Shown here one piece after another: positions 24,086 to 37,390 of a stretch of 64,000 nt of DNA. The DNA lies in contig NC_058368.1 in the NCBI RefSeq assembly GCF_018350175.1, positions 143,346,001-143,410,000 of the forward strand, in the 5' to 3' direction. The DNA comes from Felis catus (taxonomy: Eukaryota). A model generated the notes under the pieces. The model saw only the letters and a program-made list of their open reading frames with translations. It was not told the DNA's origin and made no database searches. Numbering within the stretch: position 1 is the stretch's first letter; each line of letters begins with the position of its first letter. A program made the translations under genes and the position numbers.

Positions 24086-24599
24086 CAAGAATTTTTGGAA
24101 GTATGGGAATATCTGTAATTTTTGGGAAACTTCATCTTCTGCAGATTACACACTAAGAATATAGGTCTATGGAAAAATAGGACTGGAGCATATTATTTGA
24201 AATCTAAATATTTTTGTAACCAGAATGCTATCAAGAGTAATAATTGATACCTTGGGAAATAACTTGGTCATACCAGATAGGCGGCTTAGTATGACTGGAT
24301 GCTGCCGCAGGGGATATTAAAAATATACAAAATAGAGTTGAGATATTGGCTTGTGGAGGGCACTGAGACAAAACAGTTAAAAGTGGAGCTCTGAGTCAGT
24401 GAGGCTGCCACAAGTAGACACAGAAGGAAATATACCAGCAGAGAGCTGTTTGAGGCTGGGGAGATGTTTTATTGAGTGGGAACCCTCAATATAGTAGGAA
24501 CGCAAACAAACAGGTGGGGGCTTATTTTTAGTTGTGTTAGATCCATAAGGACTCTTACCTGTGCAACAGCCAAACTCGGGGATTCTTTTTCTTTCTCAT

Positions 24600-25900
24600 G
24601 AAGGTTATGATTCTGAGACTTCACTGTATGAATTTGAGTAAAGGTAGATGTAGGAAAGTTATTGTAGTGTTCTGTTCTAGGTGAAAGGGAATTATACCTT
24701 GAATTATGAAGTGCTTGTAGAGCACTTCACATTAGGAAGAGAAATTGATGGATTTAAGCTTTATTTGGGAATTCGAATTTATAGGATTTGGTGATGGATT
24801 ATATTAGGTCATCCAGGCCTACTTTCACAAGGAGTGTCTTGTTCATTTTAGAATGTCTAACACTCCTGGCTTTCAGCTCACTAGATACCACTAATCCCAT
24901 TATGAGAAACAAAAAAGTCTACAGACATTGCCATCTCACCTTGGGGTAGAATTGCTTCTGGTTGAGAACCACTGAATAAGATAGAGAAGAAGATACTGAG
25001 AATTTCAGGCTTCTACATGGATTCATGGTAGTATCATTGACTGAGATGGAACAAAATGGAAGAGTAGCAATATTTATGTGTGTGTGTGTGTGCTTAGTAG
25101 GGATTGGAGGATAAACAGGAGCCTCATCAATTCTGTGGACATTTGTCTTTAATGTGTATTTGAAACATCACATTAGATATTAAAGATGATAGTTTAATAT
25201 TATAGATCTGGAATTCAGAGGAAAGGTATTGACTAGAAATGTACATTTGGTAATCATTGGCATATAGATGGTAATTGAAGCCAAGAGTGTGGATGTGATT
25301 GTTCAGGGAGAGAAGAGAGCCTGGATTCAAGACTGAAATAGGTTGAGGAAAGGATGGGAAAACAGAAATGGAAATTAAAAATATATACAACTGTTTTGGG
25401 GAGTTTGGCTGTGAAGTGGAGGAGCTAAAGATTTGAAGTTGTAGCAAAGGATTTTTTAAATTTTTAAATTTTTATTTGAACCACATATAAATGTTTAGGG
25501 GAAAGATTTAGTGGAGAGAGAGGAAATTGACTATTCTGCCAGGAAAAGAACAATCATGAATAAGATTCCTCAGAAGATAGGAAGGGCATGGATCTTGCTT
25601 ATGGGTGGAGTGATTGGCTTTGGGTAAGAGAAAAGCTTTCTGGAACTGGAGGAAAGGAGGGGAGGATAGGTGTAGATAATAAGGAAGTTTGTAGATATGA
25701 TATAGAGACATTAATGTGGAATTCCCATAGTTGAGTGGCTTCTTCCTGTTTTCTTTATGAATTATTATGCAAGGGCATCTGTTAAGAGTGAGGAGAATGA
25801 AGTGGGATGTCCAGGGTTTGAGAATAGTGGAGAGGGTTTGAAATAAAATTGACTGAGGGCAGGAAATCAAGCTGTGACCAGAGAAATAAAATAGAGAAAG
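24600..25900. mobile_element. Degenerate L2 with an embedded MER20-like piece (~24810-24973)
   Basis: Purine-rich L2 pattern (tagatctggaattcagaggaaagg...aatcattggcatatagatggtaattgaagcc); ggttgagaaccactg MER20 end. Confidence 0.6.
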
Positions 25901-26664
25901 ACCAGTTGCTGGCTGGTGTTAGACGATTCACTTAAGATTGGTAATAATGAATTTATTATAATAATAATGAGTCATCAACTGGTTCAGTTAGCTCCAAGGA
26001 GAGGTTTTGTTAGTTAGTTTTAATTACTTTGAAAATTAATATTCTGTGTTTTGAAACCTGAAGATTTAAGTTTTTGAAAATGAATACCCTTTGAGTTTAC
26101 ATTTTTCCTCCATTTTAAAATCTTTTGTCAGTTTTTTTCAAGTTGCTATATTAACAGAATTCTTTAAAATATCTGAATTACCTTTCTGAATTAACATTTA
26201 TTTCACTCTAGCTTTTAGGTGAATATATGGTTGCCTGGACAAAAAAGAGGCTGTAGAGGAATCAAGAGTTAACCAAGCTCCTGAATTCTATTATAACTGT
26301 TCTTTGGAAATTCTGATTAGTTTGAAGATACTATGTGAGTTGAAGTAATTGATTTTGAATTTTTAGTTGAGATGAGGTTAGGCTGAGGTCTTCTTGGTAC
26401 TGATTATAAAATAAAAAAGATGATTGTGAATTAATTATTCAAGGTATCTTTTATAATGTTTAATTTTGGAAAGGAGAAAATATGGTGGATCCTCTTGGCA
26501 CCCTTGGAGGAACAGTTTAGGGACAGTTATCTTACAGATCTCTTAGAGGCTCCATGTTTAAAAAAAAAATTTTTTTTTTTAAATTTCAGTATTTCACTTT
26601 ATTTAGAAACATTAAAAAAGGGGATAAAGTATTTGTAAAGTGTTGGCTCACTGAATTTTAAATA

Positions 26665-26987
26665 CACTTGGCCACTGAACAACACAGTGGTTAGGGGTGC
26701 TAGCCTCCTACACTGTCGAAATCCTTGTATAACTTTTGATACCACCAAAACTTCACTGCTAATAGCCTGTTGACTGGAAGCCTTACCAATAACATAAACA
26801 GTCAGTTAACATACATTTTGTATGTTGAATGTATCATATACTGTATTCTTAAAATAGGATGGAGAAAAAATGTTGAAATCATAGGGAAGAGAAAATACAT
26901 TTATAGTACTATACTGTATTTATCGCAAAAAATCTGAGTATAAGGATACCTGTGCAGTTCAAACCTGTGTTATTCAAAGGTCAACTG
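26665..26987. mobile_element. Tigger2a/MER28-like MITE
   Basis: TA-flanked TIRs cacttggccactgaacaacac / gtgttattcaaaggtcaactg. Confidence 0.8.
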
Positions 26988-27025
26988 TAGTTAAAATGCG
27001 TGTATGCCCACAACTCCTGCTAATC

Positions 27026-29343
27026 TTTTATTTCAGCTTTTTTGAGATATGATTGACAAATAAAAATTGTATATATTTAAGGTGTAACTATAATGTCTGT
27101 AAATTGTGATTTACCATAATCAACCTAATGTCCATCACCTCCCATAGTTACCACACTTTTTTTGTGGTGAGAACAACTAAGATACAGTCTATTAGCAAAT
27201 TTCAAGTATATAATACATGATTATTAAAAAAATTTTTTTAAGTGTTTGCTTTCAGAGAGAGAGAAAGACTGAGTTTGAGCGGGGAAGAGGCACAGAGAGA
27301 GGGAGACACAGAACTCAATGTGAACTCCAGGTTCTGTGCTGTTAGCACAAAGCCCAACGTGGGGCTCGAACTCACAAACTGTGAGATCATAACCTGAGCC
27401 GAAGTCAGATACTTAACTGACTGAGCTACCCAGTCGCCCGCACAATACATTATTATTAATTAAAGTCACCATATTGTAAATTATGTCTCTAGAACTTAAT
27501 CATTTTATAACTGGAAGTTTGTATGCTTTCATCAACATCACCCCATTTCCTCCATACCCCCAGCTCCTGATAATCACTGTTCTACTCTCTGCTTATTAAT
27601 TTGACTTTTTTAGATTTCGCATAGAAGTGGAGATCATGCAGTGTTTTCTTTTTATGTTTAGTTTATTTCATTTACTATATTGTCTTCCAGGTTTATCCAT
27701 GTTGCAAATGGCAGAATTTCCTTCTTTTTTAAGGCCAAATGATATTCCATGGTGTATGTATGTGTGTGTGTATGTATATGTATGTATACGTATGTGTGTA
27801 TGTATGTTTATATACCACATTTTGTTTATCCATGCGTCGGTTGACATTTAGGTTGTTTTCTTATCTTGGCTACTGTTTAATGCTACAGTGAACATGGAAG
27901 TGCAGATATCTCTTTGAGATACTGGTTTTATTTCCTTTGAATGTATACCCAGAAGTGGAATTGCTGGATCATATGGTAGTTCCATTTTTTAATTTTTTAA
28001 AGTTTATTTATTTATTTTTAAGAGAGGGTGAGTGCTAGTGGGGGAGAAGCAGAGAGAGAGAATCCCAAGCAGGCTCTGCATGCTGTCAGCGCAGAGCCTA
28101 ACACAGGGCCACGAACCCACAAATCATGAGGTCATGACCCGAGCCAAAACCAAGAGCCAGACTCCCAACCAGCTGAGCCACCCGGGTGCCCCATATTTTT
28201 AATTTTTTGAGGAGTCTCCATACTGCTTTCCAGTGTGGTTGTACCAATTTACATTCTCACAGACAGTATGTGTTTCCTTTCCTCTGCATCCTTGCTGACA
28301 CTTGTTACCTTTGACTTTGATAATGGTCTTTTAACAAGTGTGAGAGGATATCTCATTGTGGCTTTGATTTGCATCTCCCTGATGATTAGTAATGTTGAAC
28401 ATCTTTTCATGTATCTGTTGACATTTGTGTGTCATTGGAAAATGTTCAGGTCCTTTGCCCGTTTTTAAATTGGATTATTGATTAATTGATTGCTATTGAG
28501 TCATATGAGTTTCTTTATATTTTGGATATTAACCCCTTATTTGGTATATCATTTGCAAATAATTTTCTCCCATTCTGTAGATTGCTTTTTCATTTTGTTG
28601 ACTGTTTCTTTTGCTGTGCAAAAACTTCTTAGTTTGATGTAGTCCCACTTGATTTTAGCTTTAGTTACCTGTGATTTTGGTGTCAAGTCCAAAAAATCAT
28701 TGCAAGACCATTGTCAGGGAGCTTTTTTACGCTCTTCTTTGCTAAGGAGTTTTACTGTTTCAGATCTTACAGTTAAATCTTTAATCCATTTTGACTTGGC
28801 TTTTGTGTATGGTGTAAGATAGAGGTCCATTTTCATTCTTTTGCACGTAGATATCCAGTTTGCCCAACATTGTTGAAGAATACCCTTTTTCCATTGTGAA
28901 GTCTTGGTACCTTTGTTCAAGGTACCAGATAGGTTTATTTCTGTGCTCTCTAGTGTGGTCTGTGTGTCTGTTTTTTATGCCAGTACCATAGTATTTTGAT
29001 TACTATAGCTTTGTAATATAATTTGAAATCAGGAAGTGTGATGCTTCCAGCTTTTTTGTTCTTGCTCAAGATTGTTGTAGCTATTCTGGGTCATTTGGGT
29101 TCCATAGGAATTTTACCAATGCCTTTTCTATTTCTGTGAAAAATGCCATTTGAGTTTTGATAGGGATTGCATTAAATCTATAGATCATTTTGGGTACTGT
29201 GAACTTCTTAGCAATTTTAATTCTTCCAATCTGCAAATATGGGATGTCTTTCTATTTATTTGTTGTCTTCGGTTTCTTTTGTCAATATTTTATAGTCTTC
29301 ATTGTGAAGATCTTTTGCCTCCTTGGTTAAACTTATTCCTAGG
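27026..29343 (-). mobile_element. L1 3' portion interrupted by two Can-SINEs (~27226-27440 and ~27995-28192, both -)
   Basis: ORF-track 28714..28920 gives the L1 ORF2-like peptide YLTPYTKAKSKWIKDL; continuous antisense L1. Confidence 0.88.
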
Positions 29344-29777
29344 GCCCTATCTTTGTAATGTATGTGTCAGAAAAGTTTTGAAAGCTACTGAGATGTAAAT
29401 TTATGTAGAAAATCTAGGCCAGGACTCAGCAGAAGAGGTCCTCAAGTGAAAACTTGTTTTATTTTGTTTTTCCATTCTTTTATTTCTTGGCCAAGTTCCG
29501 TAATAATATATGCCTAAAAGCAGTCAAACTTAAGGGAAAGAAATCAGTAATTCAGACTGCCTAATCATTGTGCCAGTTGATAAATTAAGAAGACTACATT
29601 TTGTCCACACACAAAAACATAGTAATTTAACCTGCTAACAAGGAGTGTGTTATTTTTGACATGACATTTTCCTGATTCTATTTTATTTTAGTTAATTTTA
29701 AGAGAAAGGAAATTCAGCATCAGTAATGAATTTAAACTTTTATTACTTATCTAACTGTATTCAGTAATTAATACCAA

Positions 29778-29999
29778 CTTTTTCTTTTTTTTTTTAAGTT
29801 TATTTTTTGAGAGAGAAGGAAAGAGCCCGTTTGTGTGCACATGCATGTGTGCATGAGTGTGAGAGGAACAGAGAGAGAGAGAGAAAATCTCAAGCAGGGT
29901 GACCCCCTGTGTGGGGCTCAATCTTAAGAACTGTGAGATCATGCCCAGAGCCAAAACCAAGAGTTGGAAACTTACCTGACTGAGCCACCCAGCTGTCCC
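29778..29999 (-). mobile_element. Can-SINE
   Basis: Poly-T, (GA)n, ...gactgagccacccag. Confidence 0.85.
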
Positions 30000-30687
30000 A
30001 GTACTGTATTGTAAGATTATGGCAGTCTTTGTGTCTGAGGGGAGAGAGCCTGAGAGAGCTTGAGAAATTGCCTGTTTTGTTGAAATGTTTATGAACTAAT
30101 AACTAATGTTTTCTGTACCATACTTAATTTTATTTCCCTTGCCTTGATAGCTCATTACTGTCTTGTGCTTGTTGTTTCAAATAGCAATTATGTTTAGTCA
30201 AAAGCCTGTCACCATTTTCATATATTATAGTATGTGGTCAGGTCTTGGTAATCCCAGCTGATAGGTTTTTTTGCTTTCTTTTACCTGGGGACCCAGTGAA
30301 CAGGGGCAGATATAGAAGCTGCTGAGGATGACATTAGGCTTTATTTATTGACACACTTAAAATTTTTTCTGAATCCCAATCTATACTTGTCCTTGATGGC
30401 TTGTGTTGACCTAAGACAGTGATAACTTGTAATTTGTTTGAGCCTGACTTTGAGGATGGGTTATAGTATTTTTTTTAGGAAAAATGAACATTTATATTTG
30501 GAAGAAACAATAATATTTTAAACTGTATGTATATAAATCTTTTTACAGTTTTGAACATATATAACATTTACTTATAGTAAAAAATAGGTATCTTTTACTA
30601 TTATTATTACTTTGAAGTTAAAGCAGTAGATCTTGGCAGGCAGCCTAAACAGGTAGTATTGTAGAGATTTAAATAACTTTAAGAATA

Positions 30688-30885
30688 GGGGGGCCTGGGT
30701 GGCTCAGTTGGTTAAGCGGCCGACTTAAGTCTAGGTCATGATCTCACTGTTCCCGGGTTCCAGCCCCGCATTGGGCTCTGTGCTGACAGCTCAGATCTTG
30801 GATCCTGTTTCAGATTCCCTGCCCTCTCTGTGTCCCTACCCCACTCACGCTCTCTCTCAAAAATAAATAAACATTAAAAAAATTT
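30688..30885 (+). mobile_element. Can-SINE
   Basis: TSD AAATAACTTTAA(A)GAATA on both sides. Confidence 0.9.
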
Positions 30886-30974
30886 AAATAACTTTAAAGA
30901 ATAATCTATTTTACAGATACTTTGTCGTAATTATTTTTTTAAACTAACGATAAGGCAACAAAAGCAATTATTAT

Positions 30975-31180
30975 ATTTTTGAAGTTTATTTGTTTTGAGA
31001 GAGAGAGACAGTGTGAGTGGGGGGAGTGGCAGCGATAGAGGGAGAGAGAGAATCCTAAGCAGGCTCCACACTGCCCGCACAAAGCCCGATGTGGAGCTTG
31101 AACTCATAAAACCACGAGATCATGACCTGAGCCGAGACCAAGAGTCAGACTCTTAACTCGCTGAGCCACCCAGGTGCCTG
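30975..31180 (-). mobile_element. Can-SINE
   Basis: Antisense body; flanking caaaagcaatta duplication. Confidence 0.88.
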
Positions 31181-31826
31181 AGTGAAGCAAAAGCAATTAA
31201 AGAAAGTTCCTGAAGTGCCATTATTCATAGTCACCTTGGTGTTACATATATGATCTGAATATTTGATGCTTGATATTCATCAGCTGAGGAGAATTCATAT
31301 CCTACCTCCCTCCCTGCTCCCCTGAATTATTGAACCGTCTTCTGAAATATTTCTCTAAATTTAAGTAGAAGTCTTACTTTAGCATATATGTGTATTAATT
31401 TTGAGTTTTGTCGCATTTTTACTCTATATTCTATATGGTGTTTGTTCTAAGATACAAAAACATAATTTGATAATGAGAATCCCTAAGTAAATAGATAGTA
31501 AGGAAAATTCTTTTGTATAGAAACCTATTAGATCTCCATTATAACAGTACTTGAAAGAGAAGAAATGTTTCCATGAGTGTAAAAAAGGGAAGGGAGCTAG
31601 TATATAGTATTATATTTTTCATATAATCATAAATTTTTTCATATGTGAATGTTTCTATATGAACACGATCATTCAGATGAAAGAATTTTTATATATAAAA
31701 TTTCATTTGAGCATTGTTATAAAGAAATTTGTAACTTTTTGTTATCCAACAAATGTAATTATATGTAGGATAGTACCTGCTATCAGTTCTAGGATTGTGT
31801 TGATCTGCCTAACTGATTCTGTAGAT

Positions 31827-32025
31827 CAGGGGATTGGCAAAACTTTTCTATAAGGGCCAAATAGTAAATATTTTAGACGTGTGGGCTATGTGGGGTCTCT
31901 GTTAAATTTTTTTTCTTTCTTTTTGAAGCAATCCTTAAAACATGTAAAAATTATTTTATGTTACTGGCCTGTAAAACAGTTCAGAGACGGTTATTTGGCT
32001 TACAGGTTATAGTTTGCCAATCCTA
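31827..32025 (+). mobile_element. MER58-like hAT MITE
   Basis: caggggattggcaaaacttttc...aagggccaaatagtaaatattttag...tatagtttgccaatcct. Confidence 0.72.
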
Positions 32026-32069
32026 CAGATGAATGAAACTTAATCATTCAAGTGTCATTTAAAATTTTA

Positions 32070-32285
32070 GGGGTGCCGGGGTGCCTCAGTCGGTTAAGCA
32101 TCCAACTTTGGCTCAGGTCATGGACTCACATGAACTCGCGGTTTGTGAGTTCGAGCCCTGCATCGGGCCCTGTGCTGACAGCTTGGAGCTCGGAGCCTGC
32201 CTCTCTCTCTCCCCTTCCCCTGCTCATGCTCTCTCTCTCTCTCTCTCTCAAAAATAAATAAATGTTAAAAAAAAAAATTAAAAAA
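32070..32285 (+). mobile_element. Can-SINE
   Basis: ggggtgccggggtgcctcagtcggttaag...(CT)n aaaataaataaa. Confidence 0.88.
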
Positions 32286-32610
32286 TATTTATATTAACTA
32301 CTTTACTGGAAACCTTCTTCAAATCTTTTATAAACTTGGATGCTTTTTATTATGAAAAATATCAAATATATACAAAAATAGAATATGGTATCACAGATCC
32401 TTATATCACCAAACTTTAAAAACTACCAACATACTGCCAGTTTTATTTCATCTGTACCTCTCTCCCTCATTAGTTTGAGTCATTATATAATGACATAATA
32501 TTCACAAATATTTTCATTATTTTTTGTTATCTTTTTTATCCTTTTGCCAATGCCATACTATCTTGTAAGTCTTGAAGGCAGGTAATGCAAATCCTCCAAC
32601 TTTTGTCTTC

Positions 32611-32613
<3 letters not shown>

Positions 32614-32656
<43 letters not shown>
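32614..32656. repeat. (TG)n microsatellite
   Basis: About 21 perfect TG units. Confidence 0.95.
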
Positions 32657-32657
<1 letters not shown>

Positions 32658-32744
32658 CTTGTTTTTTTGCCTTTCAAATAAAATTTAAAGTTATTTTCTT
32701 AGTTTCTAGAAACAAGCCTGCTAGGTCTGGTCTTGTCTCTTTTC

Positions 32745-32752
32745 TCCTCTTT

Positions 32753-32827
<75 letters not shown>

Positions 32828-33218
32828 GTTTATTTACTTTTGAGTGACAGAGAGAGAGTATGAGCAGGGGAAGGGCAGAGAGAAGGACACAGACTCTGAA
32901 GCAGGCTCCAGGGTCTGAGCTGTCAGCACAGAGCCTGATGCGAGGCTGGAACTCACTGGCTGGGAGATCATGACCTGAGCCGAAGTTGGACACTTAACCG
33001 ACTGAGCCACCCAGACGCCCCACTCCCCACCCCCTTTTTTAATGTTTATTTACTTATTTTGAGAGAGAGAGAGACAGAGGGTGTCAACAGAGGAGGGACA
33101 GAGAGAGAGTCACCCAAAGCTGGCTCCAGGCCCCGATGCAGGGCTTGAACCCACAAACCTTGAGATCATGACCTGAGCTGAAGTCAGACACTCACCCAGC
33201 TGAGCCACCTGGCCTCCC
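32745..33218 (-). mobile_element. Two tandem Can-SINEs; the first has a (TTTC)n tail at ~32750-32826
   Basis: Two antisense SINE bodies (~32745-33021 and ~33035-33218); perfect tetranucleotide array of about 19 units. Confidence 0.88.
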
Positions 33219-33919
33219 ATCTTTTCTTTCTTTTGATTGTACTGACTGTATAGATTAATTTCAGGAGAATTAACGTCTTACTAGTAGTTACTTAATCCAT
33301 GGGCATGGTATAGCTCTCCATTTGTTTAGGCTTTTAATTTCTTACATCAATATTTGGTAATTTAAATGTACAAGTTTTATATATCTTTTGGTAAATATAT
33401 TTCTAAATATTTCTTGTTTTTTGCTGTTATTGATGTTTTTTAAATGCAGATTTCCGATTGTTTTTTGCTAGTACTAATATATATACTAGTATAGTACTAT
33501 ACTAGTAACCTTAGAAACTTAAAACATGAGAAAAAATGCCTTGGCTTGATATGTTAAAAATTCCATTAATCTTGTGGACATGTCTTTGTGGTGTGCTTTA
33601 TTATCTGTAGGAGTGTTACTCTCTTCTGTTTTCTTATTAAAACTTTGTATGGGAATTGACCAGAATCCTCTTTAGGCATCATTTCTTCAAATTTTTTTTC
33701 TTGCCTCTCATTCGCACCTCCTCCCTTTCTGAGATTCCAGTTTTCTGTTAATTTGTATTTAACAAATACAGATACAACTGAGGGATCTTTTCCTGTACCA
33801 TTTTTATGAGGGTTGGGCAGGCTAGCTTTCCTGGGTTTATGGCTTTAGGACTTGTCTTCTGTTGTTATGTAGTATTTAAGAAATATATTTTCTGAGACCT
33901 CTTCTCTCCTTTTATATAG

Positions 33920-34130
33920 AGTAGGATTTTTCACCCTCTGCAATATTGGCATTTTTGAGTTAGATGACCTTTGCTGTGAGGGATCAACCTATTCAGGGTA
34001 AGATGTTTAGTGGCATTCTGGCCTCTATCTATTAGATACCAGTGATGAACCAATGGCACCTCTCTTCCCCCCAGTTATGGTAACTAAAAATGTTGCTAGG
34101 CATTGTCAAATGTCCCCATGGAGTCAGAAT
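33920..34130 (-). mobile_element. MER20-like MITE
   Basis: gatgtttagtggcattctggcctctatctattagatacc...cattgtcaaatgtcccc. Confidence 0.6.
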
Positions 34131-34668
34131 CATTGTAATGCTACTGTCTTTTCTTTGCCTCTAATGGCTCTTTACTGTTTATTTTAGATTTCTCCTCCTT
34201 CCAGTTTCTTGCTTTGTTTTAGAAAGGAGCTTTCACTTTTTTTTTTTTTTTTGAGATTTCTGATATTTTTGTGATCCTCTTACATTTATCTGTGGACTCT
34301 TGCATATAGCCTGTGAAACTCTCCCCCAGTTTTGATTGCTGTTCCACTCTGAATTGGATTCCTTAATTTGAGGAAGGGAGCAGGAAGTAGTACCTATGGG
34401 CAGTTTGATTTCTGGATGGTCTGGCTTTGGGACTGTCCAAAAATTTTTTTTCCTTTTTTTCTTCTTATTTCTGATACCATGTAGGTCTTGGTACTATTGG
34501 TATTTGGTCCCCTCTGCTCATATTTTGGGGTCCATGAGTAATACATAGTCATTGTATTGTATTTGTTCACCATGTTGTATTTTGATTTGGTTTGGTTTGA
34601 TCTGTTTATTTAATTCTCCTAGTTGCTTTATCTTTTTGGAGGGAAGGTTATTAAAAAGTTTTAAAATT

Positions 34669-34894
34669 GGGGCACCTGGGTGGCGCAGTCGGTTAAGCGT
34701 CCGACTTCAGCCAGGTCACGAGCTCGCGGTCTGTGAGTTCGAGCCCCGCGTCAGGCTCTGGGCTGATGGCTCGGAGCTTGGAGCCTGCTTCTGATTCTGT
34801 GTCTCCCTCTCTCTCTGCCCCTCCCCCGTTCATGCTCTGTCTCTCTCCCAAAAATAAATAAAAACGTTGAAAAAAAAATTTTTAAAAAAATAAA
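34669..34894 (+). mobile_element. Young feline Can-SINE
   Basis: TSD AAAAAGTTTTAAAAT at 34653-34667 and 34895-34909, at a TT|AAAA target. Confidence 0.95.
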
Positions 34895-35074
34895 AAAAAG
34901 TTTTAAAATATTAATGTTAAGGATGTTAATATTATCAAAGTGATATTAAAAAATTATGTCTCTCTCATTGCCAAGTTGCCCAGACTGCCTGTCTTCTTAA
35001 AATGTGTAATCTAAACATGATAAAAGGAAATGTTTTGTTTATTCACTCTTTTCTCAGTCTACTTAAAAATTTTT

Positions 35075-35377
35075 CTTTTATTTTAATTAAAAAACTTACT
35101 TCTAGTTGAAGGATAGCTGATATTATATTAATTTTAGGTGTACAACATAGTGATTTGACAATTGTATATATTAGGAAATGCTCACCACAATAAGTATAAT
35201 TACTGTCACCATACACAATTATTGTAATACTACTGACAATATTTCCTGTGCTGTACCTTTCATTTCTGTAACTTGTTTATTTTGTAACTGAAAGTTTGTA
35301 CCTCTTTTTTTTATTAAGTGTTGTATCTTAATGTTTATTTTTGAGAGAGAGAGAGAGAGAGAGAGAGCGTGTGCGTG

Positions 35378-35425
<48 letters not shown>

Positions 35426-35710
35426 CAGGGGAAGGGCAGAGAGAGAGGGAGCCACACAATCCAAAGTAGGCTCCAGGTTCTGAGCTGTCAGCACAGAGCC
35501 TGATGCAGGGCTGAAACCCACAAACCGTGAGATTATGACCTGAGCCGAAGTTGGACGCTTAACCGATTGAGCCACCCAGGCACCCCTGAAACTTTGTACC
35601 TCTTAATCCCCTTCACTTATTTTGCCTATTCCCTCACCTTCTCCTTCTGACAACTACCATTTTGTTCTCTGTATATTTGAATCTATTTCCTTTTTTTGTT
35701 TTGTTCATTT
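35075..35710 (-). mobile_element. L1 3' end interrupted by a Can-SINE (~35305-35586, -) carrying a (GA)n(GT)n compound microsatellite
   Basis: SINE TSD TGAAA(G/C)TTTGTACCTCTT; L1 3' UTR on both sides. Confidence 0.85.
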
Positions 35711-36818
35711 TAAGAAAACATTTTAAATGATGGGTGGACTTGTGCTTGGACTCTGAGGAAGGCCTAGAGAAGGAGAGGCTGAAAATGCAAGAGAAAGATG
35801 AAAAACAGATGGAAATATTTGTGCTCTGGAGTGACCAGAAGGCTTGGATACCAAAGTATTGGTAGAGGGATGAACTTTGAATAGGGGAAGAGAACAGTTT
35901 GTCTGACAGAAGAGGGAAGGAGATGAGATTTTATTTTATTTAGATATGTTAGTTTGCAAAAGGTTGCAGTTAGGAAACTGAGGAATGTCACATCTGGTAT
36001 TTTCAATTTGCGTAGTAAACTTTATGTAAAGTTATTTGCTAAAGAAAATGAAGTAAGTATAGGGGACTTGAGGAAAGTAGTAAAGATTTAAAATGGTGAT
36101 GGTGTAAAATGAGAGCGAAATCTAACCAGAGGCATGGGTGTCTTAGTGATGGTAAGGACCAACCCTGGGCTAGACCTTAAAATATAAATTTGAAAGATGC
36201 CAATTTTGTGATTTAAGTATTTTTTTCAGCTTCATGTTAGCAACTGAGATGTAAGAGCTTAGAAGGTGGTTGTTTGTTTAGACCTAAGATTAGCATTTTG
36301 CAGGACAGGAGTCAGAGCTTCATACGGGAATAATGTTAAGGCATGATAAAAGAGTGGTTCAAGGGATGCACTCTGGGGTATAAACTGGGTAGGGAAGGAA
36401 ATCACACCATTCAGGTGTTGATGAGCTCGGAGAAAAGAAAGGATTCAGTGGAATCCAGGTCTATTAAATTTCAGAGCTAGAGAAATTCTGTTTTACTGTA
36501 AAGACCATGTTATGGCTGTGGGATTGTAAAGCTGGGAAAAAATGTTGGAGTAAGAAAGTTCAGAAATGGTGGGAGTATGTTGTGATACGTAGCGCATTGT
36601 AGATGAGGAAATTACCTGTGATGATGGCAAGAGTTGGGTTGAAGGGGGAAGTGTGAATCAAATAGGTAGATAAACAAGAAGATCTAACTGTAGATGGCAA
36701 CAAAAAGACAGGGTTCAGTCCAGTATTGTAAGAATGGGGAATAAGGGTGGTTTGCATGAAAAAAGACAACCAGGGGCTTCTAAAGTTTGTTAGTGTTTGT
36801 TATTGGTGGTATAAATAT

Positions 36819-37012
36819 CAGGGGTTGGGCAAAACTTGTTTTTTAAAGGGACAGACAGTAAATGTCTTATACTTTGCCACTCACATGTTTCTGTTGCGTA
36901 TTTTTATTTATCTGTTTGTTTATATAACCCTTTACAAATGTAAAAACTATTCTTTGCTCATGTGCCTTCCCAAAACAGGCCGCAACCAAAGATTATAGTT
37001 TGCTGTCCCGTG
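36819..37012 (+). mobile_element. MER58-like hAT MITE
   Basis: caggggttgggcaaaact...taaagggacagacagtaaat...tatagtttgctg. Confidence 0.65.
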
Positions 37013-37275
37013 GATTATATTCTTTAAGAATTATCTGTGACCAGTTGTACTTTTTTGTGATTAACCAATGATACTTTACTTGGGAAAAGTTTGTAACTAT
37101 TTTATTTACTAAGTAACTATCATTACTTGAGTGACAGTAGTTTTGGAAAGTGTAAGGAGATCATATGTATTCATTTTAAAGATACTGTTGGTAGTGTTGT
37201 TTTACACTTCTTAGTATGGTAATTACGTTTACGTTTCTGAACATAATTTTTACTTTTTGTTGTGGTGGATTCAAG

Positions 37276-37390
37276 TTGAGTCAGCAGATACTGGAGTTAT
37301 TTGAAGCATGTCAGCAGCAAGTAAGTGATTTAAAGAAGAAAGAACTGTGTCGAACACAGCTGCAGAGAGAAATTCAGCTCTTATTTCCAC
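37276..37390 (+). CDS. TENT2: TENT2 exon 5: LSQQILELFEACQQQVSDLKKKELCRTQLQREIQLLFP(Q)
   Basis: ttcaag| ... CAC|gtatgt, 115 nt. Confidence 0.95.

Noticed and set aside
35944..36052. Possible pseudo-exon (tatttag| ... GAA|gtaagt)
   Set aside because: Short A-interrupted pyrimidine tract in degenerate L2-like DNA. Such pairs are common by chance and nothing else supports it.
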